Shown: positions 27,117 through 36,327, counted from the first letter of the stretch. The stretch is 64,000 nt of DNA from Myxococcota bacterium (GCA_041288095.1 JBGGMJ010000187.1:1-64000); one strand, 5' to 3'. Numbers and translations are program-made. Notes: a model not told the origin generated them from the letters alone.

Positions 27117-28550
27117 CTAGCGCGCGATCTCCGTGGCGCGCGCTTCGCGAACCACCGTGACACGGACCTCACCTGGGTAGGTGAGCTCGTCTTGAATCTT
27201 GCGGGCGATGTCCTGGGACAAGACGAGCGCCTTGGCATCGTCGATGCGCGCGAAGTCGACCAAGACGCGCACCTCGCGGCCGGCCTGGACCGCGTAGACC
27301 TTCTCGACCCCCTCGAAGGCCATGGCCGTTTTCTCGAGCTCGCTCGCCCGCTTGATGAAGCTGTCGATCTGGTCGCGCCGGGCTCCGGGGCGGGTCTTGC
27401 TGATGACGTTGGCGACGTAGACCAACGTGCCCAGCACTGTGTCCGGATCGGTGTCGTGATGCGTACGGATGGCGCGAACGATGTCGGGCCGTTCGCCATA
27501 GCGGGCGGCGAGGTCCGCTCCAACGTCGGCGTGATGCCCCTCGCCTTCGTGACCCACGGCCTTGCCGACGTCGTGCAGCAGACCAGCGCGCCGCGCGTGG
27601 GTAGCGGACATGCCAAGCTCGGCCGCCAAGGCGCCCGTAAGCATCGCGGTCTCGAGGCTGTGCGTGAGGACGTTCTGGCCGCCCACGACGTGGTGCTTCA
27701 AGCGTCCGAGCAGCTTGATGAGCTCGGGGTGCACGCCGGTGAGCCCGAGCTCGTTCACCGCTTGCTCACCCGCGACGATGAGCGTCTCGTTCACCTCGGC
27801 CGTCACCTTGCCGACGATCTCTTCGATGCGCGCCGGGTGGATGCGGCCATCGGCGACCAGGCGTTCGAGCGACGTCTTGGCGACGTGGCGGCGCACCGGG
27901 TTGAAGGCGCTCACCACCACGGCCTCCGGCGTATCGTCGATAATGACGTCGGCGCCGGTCGCGGCTTCGAGAGCGCGGATGTTGCGTCCCTCGCGGCCGA
28001 TGATGCGCCCTTTCATCTCATCGTTGGGAAGGTCGACCACCGCGACCGTGGTCTCGGCGACGAAGGCGCTCGCTTGCCGCTGCATGGCCTCGGACAGAAG
28101 ACGCGCGGCGCGTTCCTTGCTCTCTTCCTGGAGGGTCTTGTCGATCTCTCGCAGTCGCTTGGCGGCGAGCTCGCGCGCCTCGCCCTCGATGCTGGCGCGC
28201 AAAGCGTCGCGAGCTTCGGCGGCGCTCATGCCGGACACTCGTTCCAGCTCGCGACGCGCTTCTTCGACCCGCTCGTCGATGCGCTTGAGGCGCTCGTCGA
28301 CGACCCTCTCGTTGTCCGCGATCGAGGACGCACGTTTCTCGATGTCGCGGTCCCGCTGGGCAAGCACGCGGGCTCGCTCGTCGATAGAGGCCTCGCGCTC
28401 GCGCAGCCGGCGCTCCATCTCGCGCAGCTCGTCGCCGCGATTGTCATCGCGCGGCACGACCTCCGGCGGCCGTTTGCGCGACATGAGCACGCGCGCGAAC
28501 ATCAGCGAGAAGGCAGCGAGCATCACGAGAAACGGCCAGAGGTCCTTCAC
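27117..28550 (-). CDS. rny: ribonuclease Y
   Basis: N-terminal TM and coiled coil; KGRIIGREGRNIR (KH), DGRIHPARIEE, LLHDVGK (HD), RPGAR and AVQAGRE motifs; GTGA overlap with ygfA. Confidence 0.97.
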   Translation of the reverse strand: MKDLWPFLVMLAAFSLMFARVLMSRKRPPEVVPRDDNRGDELREMERRLREREASIDERARVLAQRDRDIEKRASSIADNERVVDERLKRIDERVEEARRELERVSGMSAAEARDALRASIEGEARELAAKRLREIDKTLQEESKERAARLLSEAMQRQASAFVAETTVAVVDLPNDEMKGRIIGREGRNIRALEAATGADVIIDDTPEAVVVSAFNPVRRHVAKTSLERLVADGRIHPARIEEIVGKVTAEVNETLIVAGEQAVNELGLTGVHPELIKLLGRLKHHVVGGQNVLTHSLETAMLTGALAAELGMSATHARRAGLLHDVGKAVGHEGEGHHADVGADLAARYGERPDIVRAIRTHHDTDPDTVLGTLVYVANVISKTRPGARRDQIDSFIKRASELEKTAMAFEGVEKVYAVQAGREVRVLVDFARIDDAKALVLSQDIARKIQDELTYPGEVRVTVVREARATEIAR

Positions 28551-29110
28551 GCGGGCACCTCGTGGACTCCACCATCGTAGGCGATAGCGGACACGTGACA
28601 ATCGTGGGCCGCGCGCGGCAGGGGCTGGTCGATCACCTGGAAGCGGTAGCAAAACCCGAGAGTCGCGCCCCCGTAACCGTCGAGGCTGCGGTCGTAGTAA
28701 CCCGCCCCGTACCCGAGACGCCCGCCGCTCTTGTCGAAGGCGAGCCCCGGCACGACCACGATATCGACGGACTGCAGCGGCACGGCAGGACCTCGTGGCT
28801 CGAGGAGACGGAACGGACCGGGCACCAGGTCGTTTAGGTCGTGCGCGAGAACGAAATCAAGGGAGGTGTCGGCGACGCGTACCCGCGGCAGCACCACCTC
28901 GACCCCAGCGGCGCGCAGCAGGTCGAAGAGCGGCTGGGTGTCGATCTCGTCCTTGAGTGAGACGAAGAGCGCGACACGCTTGGGCGTCTTGGCGAGCAGC
29001 CACGGGTGCGCGGCGCTCGCGGCCTCTTTCGATGCTTCGATGCGCACGGTCGGTGGGACGGCCCGACGTCGTTCGCGAAATTGGTGACGAAGCTCTTGTT
29101 TGCCGTGCAA
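28547..29110 (-). CDS. ygfA: 5-formyltetrahydrofolate cyclo-ligase
   Basis: VVPGLAFD..GGRLGYGAGYYDR and HD motifs. Confidence 0.95.
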   Translation of the reverse strand: MHGKQELRHQFRERRRAVPPTVRIEASKEAASAAHPWLLAKTPKRVALFVSLKDEIDTQPLFDLLRAAGVEVVLPRVRVADTSLDFVLAHDLNDLVPGPFRLLEPRGPAVPLQSVDIVVVPGLAFDKSGGRLGYGAGYYDRSLDGYGGATLGFCYRFQVIDQPLPRAAHDCHVSAIAYDGGVHEVPA

Positions 29111-29120
29111 CGAACGAACC

Positions 29121-29342
29121 GTCGAAGATGCCCCGCTATGGCCGTGTCGAGGGGATTCTAGACCTGGCGAACCAGGTGGGAGCAGACCGCTAGAGCTTTA
29201 GGCTTCCTCTGCAACCCCCGCCGAAATGAATCGACGTGGGTCCGGGGCATGCACACGGCTCTAAGCGCAGCCACTCCCGTTAGTGCAACATTGGTCCAGA
29301 GTTTCCACCAAAAGCACGAACCGAGCAGGGCGATTCTTCGAC
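29121..29342 (-). ncRNA. ssrS: 6S RNA
   Basis: immediately upstream of ygfA; ends pair (GTCGAAGA..GCCCTGCT / AGCGGGGC..TCTTCGAC) into a long rod; internal GGAAGCCT and CCCACCTGG..CCAGGT segments typical of deltaproteobacterial 6S; boundaries approximate. Confidence 0.85.
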
Positions 29343-29378
29343 TTGCTCGAGCGCGGTATTCCCGCGCCGGATTCACCT

Positions 29379-29407
29379 ATAGTCCGGCATCCAGGCTGAG
29401 CCGTCAA
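29379..29407 (-). promoter_or_regulatory. sigma-70-type promoter TTGACG-N17-GACTAT for the 6S operon
   Basis: minus strand -35 at 29407-29402, -10 at 29384-29379. Confidence 0.5.
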
Positions 29408-29428
29408 CCGGTTATTGCGGGCTGCGAC

Positions 29429-29455
29429 GCACCGTCACGGGCGCGCTGACGATAT
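29429..29455 (+). promoter_or_regulatory. sigma-28-like promoter GCACC-N16-CGATAT
   Basis: matches the shared motif and spacing. Confidence 0.45.
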
Positions 29456-29496
29456 TCCAGACCGCTTCTCTCTTCTCCCCTTACCCATTGAAAATC

Positions 29497-30276
29497 ATGG
29501 CTACTTTACTCGAAGTCCGCCGGGGCGACCTCGTCCTGCGCCGCTCGGGCGACGCCCCCACCGGGGACAAGCTCGTCGACCGCGCGTTCGACAATCTGGT
29601 CCGCATCGACCGCTTCTTGCGCACGGAGCTCGGCCGCGACGGCTGGGACGGCAAGGGCAGCCCTCTCCGCGCCGACCTCGCGGGTCTCAAGAATCGCAAC
29701 GCCACCTTCTCCACGGCGACCGGCACCATCGTGCTCGGCCTGCGTCCGTCGGTCCCCTTGGGCGTCGGTTCGCTCGGGTTCTCCCCCACCATCATGGGTC
29801 ACGAGGTCGGCCACGGCATCCAGATCGCCCTCGGAAAATACTCGTACGAGAACCACGAAATGAGCGCTATCGCGGAGTCCTTCGGGGACGTCATGGGCAC
29901 CGGCGCCGATGACAGCAACTGGGTCGTCGGCGACGAGATTCCGGGCGGTGAGCCCGCTTTGGGGGAGGACCTGCGCGACCTCGCCAAGCCGCCGTACAAG
30001 ACGCTGCAGGAGATCCCAGAGTCAGGTGCGCGCTCCGAGGGCTACAGCCAGCTCCTAAGCTACGCCGCCGTGCTGGTCGCCGAAAAAGTCGGCAACCCCG
30101 CGATGCGCAAGCTCTGGTTCGAAGGCATGAAGCGCATGCCCGACGACCCGACGAAACACGGCTTCGAGGCCTGGGTGAAGGCGGTGCAGCGGGCAGCGGT
30201 CGATCTGCACGGCAAGGGCAGCCCGGCCGAGGCGGCGGTCCTCGCGGCGTTCAAGGCGGTCGGCGTCCTTCGCTGA
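29497..30276 (+). CDS. M4 (thermolysin/protealysin-like) metallopeptidase, no signal peptide
   Basis: [37 protein letters not shown] and LRDL motifs. Confidence 0.8.
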   Translation: MATLLEVRRGDLVLRRSGDAPTGDKLVDRAFDNLVRIDRFLRTELGRDGWDGKGSPLRADLAGLKNRNATFSTATGTIVLGLRPSVPLGVGSLGFSPTIMGHEVGHGIQIALGKYSYENHEMSAIAESFGDVMGTGADDSNWVVGDEIPGGEPALGEDLRDLAKPPYKTLQEIPESGARSEGYSQLLSYAAVLVAEKVGNPAMRKLWFEGMKRMPDDPTKHGFEAWVKAVQRAAVDLHGKGSPAEAAVLAAFKAVGVLR

Positions 30277-30281
30277 GACCC

Positions 30282-30497
30282 ATGCCGCCCGATCCACTGC
30301 ACGGCATCACCCTGGCGATGATCCTCGAGCGACTCGTCGCACGTTACGGGTTCGAGGAGCTCGGCCGCCGGGTCGAGATCCGCTGCTTCACCATCGACCC
30401 GAGCATCCCCTCGAGCTTGAAGTTCCTGCGGCGGACGCCATGGGCGCGCAAGAAGGTCGAAGACCTCTATCTCGACATGCTCGACGAGCCCGGGTGA
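30282..30497 (+). CDS. VF530/DUF2132 family small protein
   Basis: [17 protein letters not shown]...[26 protein letters not shown]. Confidence 0.92.
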   Translation: MPPDPLHGITLAMILERLVARYGFEELGRRVEIRCFTIDPSIPSSLKFLRRTPWARKKVEDLYLDMLDEPG

Positions 30498-30532
30498 TCC
30501 CGCGAACGGCGGCGGTGTGCCAGGAGAACAGC

Positions 30533-30559
30533 GCACGGGTCGCCCCGACTAGCCGAGAA
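30533..30559 (+). promoter_or_regulatory. sigma-28-like promoter GCAC-N15-GCCGAGAA
   Basis: matches the shared motif; ends 12 nt before ATG 30572. Confidence 0.5.
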
Positions 30560-30571
30560 TTTCTGGGTTCA

Positions 30572-31753
30572 ATGGCCGGAATCACAACACGCGGTGCCGC
30601 AACGACGGCCATACTCACCGAGCCAATCCCGGTCCGCGAAGCCACGCCGACGCCACCTACTCCAGGGCCTTGGCGACTTCATACCGGCAAGCCCGAGTGG
30701 CGCATGGACATCATCAGCGCGCTTCGCGTGCGCGGGCTCGCGGTCCAGACTCCCCCGCCGAACGCCACTGCCCGCCATTGCGAAGCGGCAGCCGCCAACA
30801 TCGCGCAGATGGTCGTCCATGGCTGCCTGAGCTACGTGCCGTCGCTGCTGGTCGGCCTTGGCACGCCCAAGGACCGGCTCACGGCCGTCGCGAGTCACGT
30901 GGTGCTGGGAGCCTGGGATCCGAATGGTGCCTGGGAGAACCAACCGGAGATCGCCGAGGCGGCCAAGGCGCTCGCAGCCGAGCTGCGCCGTGGTGGCTTG
31001 AGCTTCAATCGCGATACCGAGCGCCTGGCGCGGCTCGAGCGGCGGCTCAACTTCCGCGAGACACCTGGCCGCCACACCCGCCTCAGTCCAGTCGTAGGCA
31101 GCCGGGCCAGCGAGCTCGAGTCCGTCCGCTCAGCGCCCCATGCTCGCGAGCTGTTCGAGCTCGTCGGCGCTATCTACAAGGCGGAATGCATCGCCCTCAT
31201 TCCGTGGTCGCGCGCGGTCGAAGCCGAGCGGCTCGCCGCCAAGCGTTTCGCGGAATACATCGCCCGCTATAGCGGAAGCGGCCTGACCCCCGAGAACGCG
31301 GTCACCTGGGATCCCAGCGCACAGAGTTGGAACTTCACCCACGACAAGGAGACCGCGGACAACACCTGGTCGATGCAACCGGTCGTGGGCAGCCCGCTGA
31401 GTGTCGGCGACTACCACCTACCCATCGGGATCGCTGCCATCCACGAGATCATGCATGTCGAGGAGGGCTGGCACGGGGCGCTGCCGGGCAGCTCGTCCTT
31501 TGATCCCATGGTCGAGCTCTTGACCGCGGCTGCGACCCTGGTCGAGGCCGACGCGCTCCGCAAGCGGCTCGACAACAAGGGCACGGGCGCGGTCGTCGAC
31601 TACGGGCACACCGTCCAGTGGGGCAACCACGACGTGCCCCTCGGCGTGCTAGCGAACCGCATCCGTGAGCTCGTCGCTCGTCACGGCAGCTATGGCGCCG
31701 CCTTCGCCTCACCCGAGGCGTTCCCGCTCCTTACCGGCGTCGCGCTCAGTTAG
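30572..31753 (+). CDS. hypothetical HEXXH protein, no signal peptide
   Basis: T/P-rich N-terminus; AAIHEIMHVEE...MVELL. Confidence 0.65.
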   Translation: MAGITTRGAATTAILTEPIPVREATPTPPTPGPWRLHTGKPEWRMDIISALRVRGLAVQTPPPNATARHCEAAAANIAQMVVHGCLSYVPSLLVGLGTPKDRLTAVASHVVLGAWDPNGAWENQPEIAEAAKALAAELRRGGLSFNRDTERLARLERRLNFRETPGRHTRLSPVVGSRASELESVRSAPHARELFELVGAIYKAECIALIPWSRAVEAERLAAKRFAEYIARYSGSGLTPENAVTWDPSAQSWNFTHDKETADNTWSMQPVVGSPLSVGDYHLPIGIAAIHEIMHVEEGWHGALPGSSSFDPMVELLTAAATLVEADALRKRLDNKGTGAVVDYGHTVQWGNHDVPLGVLANRIRELVARHGSYGAAFASPEAFPLLTGVALS

Positions 31754-31796
31754 TCGCGCCGAGACTGGGGCATGCAACGCGCGCGCTTCTCGCGCG

Positions 31797-31826
31797 TTGA
31801 CACCGGCGCTCCCATTCGTTTAGAAA
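31797..31826 (+). promoter_or_regulatory. sigma-70-type promoter TTGACA-N18-TAGAAA
   Basis: consensus -35; implies the downstream ORF starts at GTG 31859 after GGAGG. Confidence 0.4.
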
Positions 31827-31858
31827 ACCCGCGGTTTTTGGGAGGGGTTTGGCCGCTC

Positions 31859-32266
31859 GTGAGAAACGCACCGAGACCCGTTTTCGTATGCGTGCTCGCG
31901 TTGTTGCCAGCCCTATTGATGCCACTCGTGGCGCAAGCCGAAGTGCCGGTGAAAGCCCCTGTCGCAGCTGGTGCCTCGCCTCTGGGCGAGCCCGGTCGTT
32001 ACAAGGTGAATCGAAGCTTCGACGACGCCATCGAGTACTACAAGAGGATGTTCAAGCAGGAATCCGGGGTCCGTTGGTACAACATCATCAACCAACCCGG
32101 CATCCGAGCGAAGCACCTGGCGTCGCTCCGCAAGAACACCGAATGGGAAGGCATCAACATCTACGAACGCGGCGGTGAAGTTCGCCTCTACGTCGTACCC
32201 CGCGGCAAACGGCCTCCGGCCAAAGCCAAGGGGAAACCGAGAGCGCAGCAGAGCAGTACGCAGTAG
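31859..32266 (+). CDS. secreted hypothetical protein
   Basis: signal peptide ending AQA; basic C-terminal tail. Confidence 0.6.
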   Translation: MRNAPRPVFVCVLALLPALLMPLVAQAEVPVKAPVAAGASPLGEPGRYKVNRSFDDAIEYYKRMFKQESGVRWYNIINQPGIRAKHLASLRKNTEWEGINIYERGGEVRLYVVPRGKRPPAKAKGKPRAQQSSTQ

Positions 32267-32283
32267 CGGTCAGTGATAGATCT

Positions 32284-32354
32284 TGGGGAATCGTCTAACG
32301 GCAGGACAACGGACTCTGACTCCGTTTATCTAGGTTCGAATCCTAGTTCCCCAA
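32284..32354 (+). tRNA. tRNA-Gln (anticodon CTG), CCA not encoded
   Basis: acceptor TGGGGAA/TTCCCCA; anticodon arm ACGGA-CTCTGAC-TCCGT; T arm CTAGG-TTCGAAT-CCTAG. Confidence 0.95.
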
Positions 32355-32420
32355 TTTTTCCCGCAACTCGACTGAGTGAGCCCAATCCGTCCTAGGCTCG
32401 TTGCGGGAAAAATTGTTTTT
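32352..32420 (+). terminator. long hairpin with 16 bp perfect outer stem plus T-tract
   Basis: CAATTTTTCCCGCAAC (32352-32367) / GTTGCGGGAAAAATTG (32400-32415) followed by TTTTT. Confidence 0.6.
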
Positions 32421-32660
32421 ATCGGCGCTTCGCGCCTAACGGTCGGGACCGCCTTTAGGGCGGACCCGACGGCTGCTTGGCAGCACTGCGAAACTCGCGC
32501 GTTGCGCCGTGTCGGGGGCTCCGCTCCGGGGGTTTGCGGACCGCCGCCGGTTGTCGTGCGCCCGCGCTCCGGATGTCCGCTCCCAGCTTGAGTCGGAGGG
32601 TGTCGCCCGTCGCTGCGCGGGAGGGCGCCGCTGGCGCGGCGGCGGCTTCGCCGCAAGGCA

Positions 32661-32683
32661 CGAGAAGGTTCCTGGTCGATCAC
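32661..32683 (+). repeat. dispersed intergenic repeat copy 1 (CGAGAAGGTTCCTGGTCGATCAC)
   Basis: identical 23-mer at 51255-51277; 19 nt identical on the minus strand at 42002-42020. Confidence 0.85.
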
Positions 32684-32692
32684 TCGTCGCCG

Positions 32693-34378
32693 CTAGGGCG
32701 CGGCTCCCGTGGCAATCCAAGCCCTGATGACATCGATCTCCGCCGCCGTCAGCGGTGTCTCCCCTTCGGGCATCCGTTCATTACCGCCACAGATGCCGCT
32801 CCCCGTGAGCTTGTTGACGAGATAGCTCCCCGCGATGTCGTTGGGCTTCACGAGCAGCTTGCCGGTGCACTGGCGCGAGGTCACGTTGACGAGCTCGCTG
32901 TACGCCTTGGTCACCGACGAGAGGTCGAGGTTCTCTTCGTTGTCCGAGGCGTTGTGGCAGCTTTGCGCGCAGCGATTGGTGCGACTCCCGGTGGGCTTCT
33001 GGAAGAGCGGGTACACGTCGGTCGCGAAGGTCTTCACGGGCCAGGCGCACACGCCGGTGTTGCAGGATTGGATGGAAGCGCAGGTGCCGCACGTGCCACC
33101 GCAGCCGTCGCTCCCACAGGTCTTGCCGCTGCAGCTCGGCGTGCAGCCGCACTGACCTGAAGCGTTGCAGCTCGCGCCCCCGCCGCACGAGCCACACGAG
33201 CCACCGCAGCCATCGCTCCCGCAGGTGCGACCGCTGCAGTCGGGCGTGCAACCGCATTGGCCGCCGGCGCTGCACTGGAGACCCGCTCCGCAGCTGCCGC
33301 ACGAGCCACCGCAACCATTCGAGCCGCACGACTTGCCGACGCAATTCGGCACGCATTGGCACTGACCGGCGGTGCTGCACGTGGTGCCCGAGCCGCAGGT
33401 GCCACACGACCCGCCGCACCCGTTCGAGCCGCACACGCGCCCGCTACAGCTCGGCGTGCACGTCGTCACGCACTGACCGCTGGTCGTATTGCACGAGGTG
33501 CCTGACCCGCAGACGCCGCACGATCCGCCGCATCCGTCGTCGCCGCACTCCTTGCTGTTGCAGCTGGGCACACATTGGCACGTGCCCGAGGAGGTACACG
33601 TCGAGCCGACGGCGCACGATCCGCACGCGTTGCCGCAGCCGTCGTCACCGCACTCTTTGCCGTTGCAGTTGGGCACGCAGATGCACTGCCCCTGCGAACA
33701 CGCACCGTTGACCGCGGTGCATTCGCCGCACGCGCCGCCGCAGCCGTCCTCGCCGCAAACCTTGCCGTTACAGTTCGGCATGCACTCGCACGCGCGCACG
33801 TCCGAGCACAGCGTGCCCGACCCGCAGCTGCCGCAGCTCCCAGCGCAGCCATCGTCGCCGCACGCCGCGCCCTCACAGTCGGGGAGGCAGACCTCTTGGA
33901 TGCACTGGCCACCCCCGGTGCAGGCGAGGCCCGCGTCGCACGTGCCGCACGAGCCGCCGCACCCGTCCTCGCCGCAGGCGCGACCCGAGCACGCGGGCTG
34001 ACAGGGCGCATCGGCGAGGCGCTGAAGCTCTTCGAAGAGTAGCGCGCGGTCGCAATCGGACAGCCGCTGGTTGGGGGGCATGACCCCGTCTTCGATAGCG
34101 GTACGGATGTCGTTCGAGAGGGCGCGGATGTCGCCGGGGGTGTCGAAATTCACTCCCGCCGGGGATCCGAATCGCCCCGTGCTCGGCAGGGTCGCCGAAT
34201 GGCACCCCAAGCACTGGTTTTCGATGACCAATGCGCCGCTCTCCTCGCACGAGCTTTGCAATTGCAGGGGATCGTGGATGATCCCCTCGACGACGCAGCC
34301 CGCTGCCGCCACCGCCAGGCAACAGCTAGTGATGGCGAGGAGCAGGCTTCGGCGGAAGGTCGTGCTCGAACGTGGCAT
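32693..34378 (-). CDS. lipoprotein with N- and C-terminal c-type cytochrome-like domains flanking 9 Cys-rich repeats
   Basis: lipobox AAGC; CLGCH...MPP; 9x CxPxCxGKxCGxDGCGGxCGxC; CAQSCH...RMP...IRAWIATGA. Confidence 0.8.
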   Translation of the reverse strand: MPRSSTTFRRSLLLAITSCCLAVAAAGCVVEGIIHDPLQLQSSCEESGALVIENQCLGCHSATLPSTGRFGSPAGVNFDTPGDIRALSNDIRTAIEDGVMPPNQRLSDCDRALLFEELQRLADAPCQPACSGRACGEDGCGGSCGTCDAGLACTGGGQCIQEVCLPDCEGAACGDDGCAGSCGSCGSGTLCSDVRACECMPNCNGKVCGEDGCGGACGECTAVNGACSQGQCICVPNCNGKECGDDGCGNACGSCAVGSTCTSSGTCQCVPSCNSKECGDDGCGGSCGVCGSGTSCNTTSGQCVTTCTPSCSGRVCGSNGCGGSCGTCGSGTTCSTAGQCQCVPNCVGKSCGSNGCGGSCGSCGAGLQCSAGGQCGCTPDCSGRTCGSDGCGGSCGSCGGGASCNASGQCGCTPSCSGKTCGSDGCGGTCGTCASIQSCNTGVCAWPVKTFATDVYPLFQKPTGSRTNRCAQSCHNASDNEENLDLSSVTKAYSELVNVTSRQCTGKLLVKPNDIAGSYLVNKLTGSGICGGNERMPEGETPLTAAEIDVIRAWIATGAAP

Positions 34379-34406
34379 ACGAGGGCGTTGTTACGGGAGC
34401 GGCTTT

Positions 34407-34415
34407 GGTTACAGG
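34407..34415 (-). promoter_or_regulatory. putative ECF -35 box CCTGTAACC
   Basis: identical 9-mer upstream of the ECF sigma gene at 37548-37556. Confidence 0.4.
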
Positions 34416-34455
34416 CGGTCGCGCAGAAAAGGTCGGAGCGTGCTAAGCCCCGGAC

Positions 34456-36327
34456 ATGCTGCTCGCTGCGGCACTCCTGACGATCGACTCACTGGTGCGC
34501 GCGGCGTCACCTGTGGCCGCCGTCGTGCCCGATGCCGTGATCATCGACGAGGTTGCGGTGGTCGAGCTGACGGCGCGCGATGTCGACCCAGCGACGCACG
34601 CGTGGGTCGTCGAAGCCGGTGAGCTCGAGAGCATCGCCGGCGGCGCGGCCGAGGTTCGAGCGCGCTGGCGTCTACCGCTCGATGTGAAGCCGCGACGGCT
34701 GGCGGCGGCGCTCGTCGACTACGCGACGCCACGTGCGACGTTCGTCACCGTTCCCATCTCGCGGCGAGCACGCGTGCAAATCGAGGCGACGCCGCTTGCC
34801 CAGGTGAGTCTCTTCCTCGGCAACACCTTGGCCGCGTCGGGCACGACCGACGCTCAGGGCAAGCTCGAGCTGCGCGTCGTCGTGCCCCCCGCGAGCCTTT
34901 CCGCGCGTGTCGAGCAAACGACCCGGCGCGGTCAGGTCCCACCCCGCTTCGACCGTCTCGACGTCGCCGATGAGCTGCACGTCTTCACCGTGCCGATGGT
35001 GCGCACTCTCGTGCCCGACGGCGTGGCCAGCGCGCCGCTTGCGACCCTGGTCTACAGCGATGGGCAGTCCGCGGTCGACGCCGAGGTGAGCATCCGCGCC
35101 GCCGGCAAGGTGCTGCGCGCGACGCCGATCACCGCGCCTGGTGAGCGTGCCGCGCGGGTGTCCGCCGCCGCAGCGCACGCCGCCGCGGCGGATGCTCTCA
35201 CCATCATCACGCGCGCTGCCGCCGGCGAGCGCCACGCGGAGCACCGGGCGACGCTCATGTTCGCACCGCTGCCGGCGTCGACCCTCGAGGTGATAGCGCC
35301 CGCGGAGCCGTGGAGCGCGGGCGCCCCGATCGAGCTCGCGGCGACCGCCCGCGATGAGCTTGGACGCGCCGTTGCGACCGAGGTGAGCGTCATGGCCCTG
35401 CCGCCGCATGACGACCTCGTCATCGACGCCGGCGACGCGGCGCACGTCCGCTTGCGGGCACCGACGAACATCGACTCCGCGTTGACGCTCGAGGTGCGCG
35501 CGACGACGGCAGCGACAACGCGGCGGACCTTTCGCCTCGTCGCCGCCGAGCCCGCGACCGTGCGCCTCGAGCGCGCGGGGGATCATGGGTTCATGCTCGC
35601 GGTCGACGACGCCTTCGGCAATCCGAGCCCAGGGGTGACGCCCACTCTGGTGGCTGGGTCCGGCGAGGTCGAGGCGCTCGTAGAGACCGCGCCGGGACGC
35701 TGGCAGGGAGTATGGGTGCCCGCCATAGCGGACCAGCGCGAGGAGACGCGCCTCAACGCCTCCCTGCCCACGAGCAGCGCTGAGACGGTCATGCGTCACT
35801 ACGGCAGCGCCTGGGCGGTTCAGGTGAGCGGCTATGGCGGAGCGTTGGTCGGTCGCGGCTCCTTGCTCGGTGTCGGCGGCTTGGTCCTCGTCGAGGCGCG
35901 CCTGCCGAAGCTGCCGTCGCGGCTCAGCATCGATGCGGCCGCGGGCGGCTGGTACGCGGCGCGCGAACAAACCGCCGAGCCGGGACTCGCGGCGACGCGA
36001 CGTGCCGCCCTGGTGCCGCTAGGCCTCGGTGTGAGCTGGGAGATGCCGCTCGCGATCGGCTGGCGCTGCGACGTCGGAGTCATGGGCGGCGTGCTCCTCA
36101 CCAGTACGTCGACGACTGTACGCGAAAACGGTGTGACCGTCGCCGGCCCGCGGAGCCTGAAGGGAAGCACGGCACAGCTGACTCCCTGGGTGCGTGTCGG
36201 ACGGCAGGCCGGGCCGGGACTGGTCGCCGTCCTGGTGAGCGGCCTCATCGCGCTCGGCGGCGTCTCGACATGGACGGAACCGCCGCTGGTCGCCTCGCTG
36301 GCGCTGGGCTACGCTTGGGAACCATGA
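34456..36327 (+). CDS. exported protein with Ig-like segments and probable C-terminal outer-membrane beta-barrel
   Basis: hydrophobic N-terminus; ARDELGR and VDDAFGNP invasin-like motifs; amphipathic strands ending LALGYAW. Confidence 0.55.
   Translation: MLLAAALLTIDSLVRAASPVAAVVPDAVIIDEVAVVELTARDVDPATHAWVVEAGELESIAGGAAEVRARWRLPLDVKPRRLAAALVDYATPRATFVTVPISRRARVQIEATPLAQVSLFLGNTLAASGTTDAQGKLELRVVVPPASLSARVEQTTRRGQVPPRFDRLDVADELHVFTVPMVRTLVPDGVASAPLATLVYSDGQSAVDAEVSIRAAGKVLRATPITAPGERAARVSAAAAHAAAADALTIITRAAAGERHAEHRATLMFAPLPASTLEVIAPAEPWSAGAPIELAATARDELGRAVATEVSVMALPPHDDLVIDAGDAAHVRLRAPTNIDSALTLEVRATTAATTRRTFRLVAAEPATVRLERAGDHGFMLAVDDAFGNPSPGVTPTLVAGSGEVEALVETAPGRWQGVWVPAIADQREETRLNASLPTSSAETVMRHYGSAWAVQVSGYGGALVGRGSLLGVGGLVLVEARLPKLPSRLSIDAAAGGWYAAREQTAEPGLAATRRAALVPLGLGVSWEMPLAIGWRCDVGVMGGVLLTSTSTTVRENGVTVAGPRSLKGSTAQLTPWVRVGRQAGPGLVAVLVSGLIALGGVSTWTEPPLVASLALGYAWEP

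Noticed and set aside
26796..28580. Long + strand ORFs antisense to rny, and similar ones opposite rel (22049-24457), glpA/aspS and the VWA gene
   Set aside because: Shadow ORFs caused by high-GC codon bias; the opposite strand carries clear conserved motifs.
28625..28636. CTGGTCGATCAC partial match to the dispersed repeat
   Set aside because: Only 12 nt and inside the ygfA coding sequence; compatible with chance.
29158..29449. Short ORFs over the 6S RNA region
   Set aside because: The region is better explained by the 6S RNA structure and promoters.
32284..32420. tRNA-Gln as a prophage or island attachment site
   Set aside because: No integrase and no duplicated tRNA 3' end seen in the window.
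32330..32727. Short ORFs downstream of the tRNA
   Set aside because: No RBS or protein motifs; low-complexity translations of hairpin-rich DNA.
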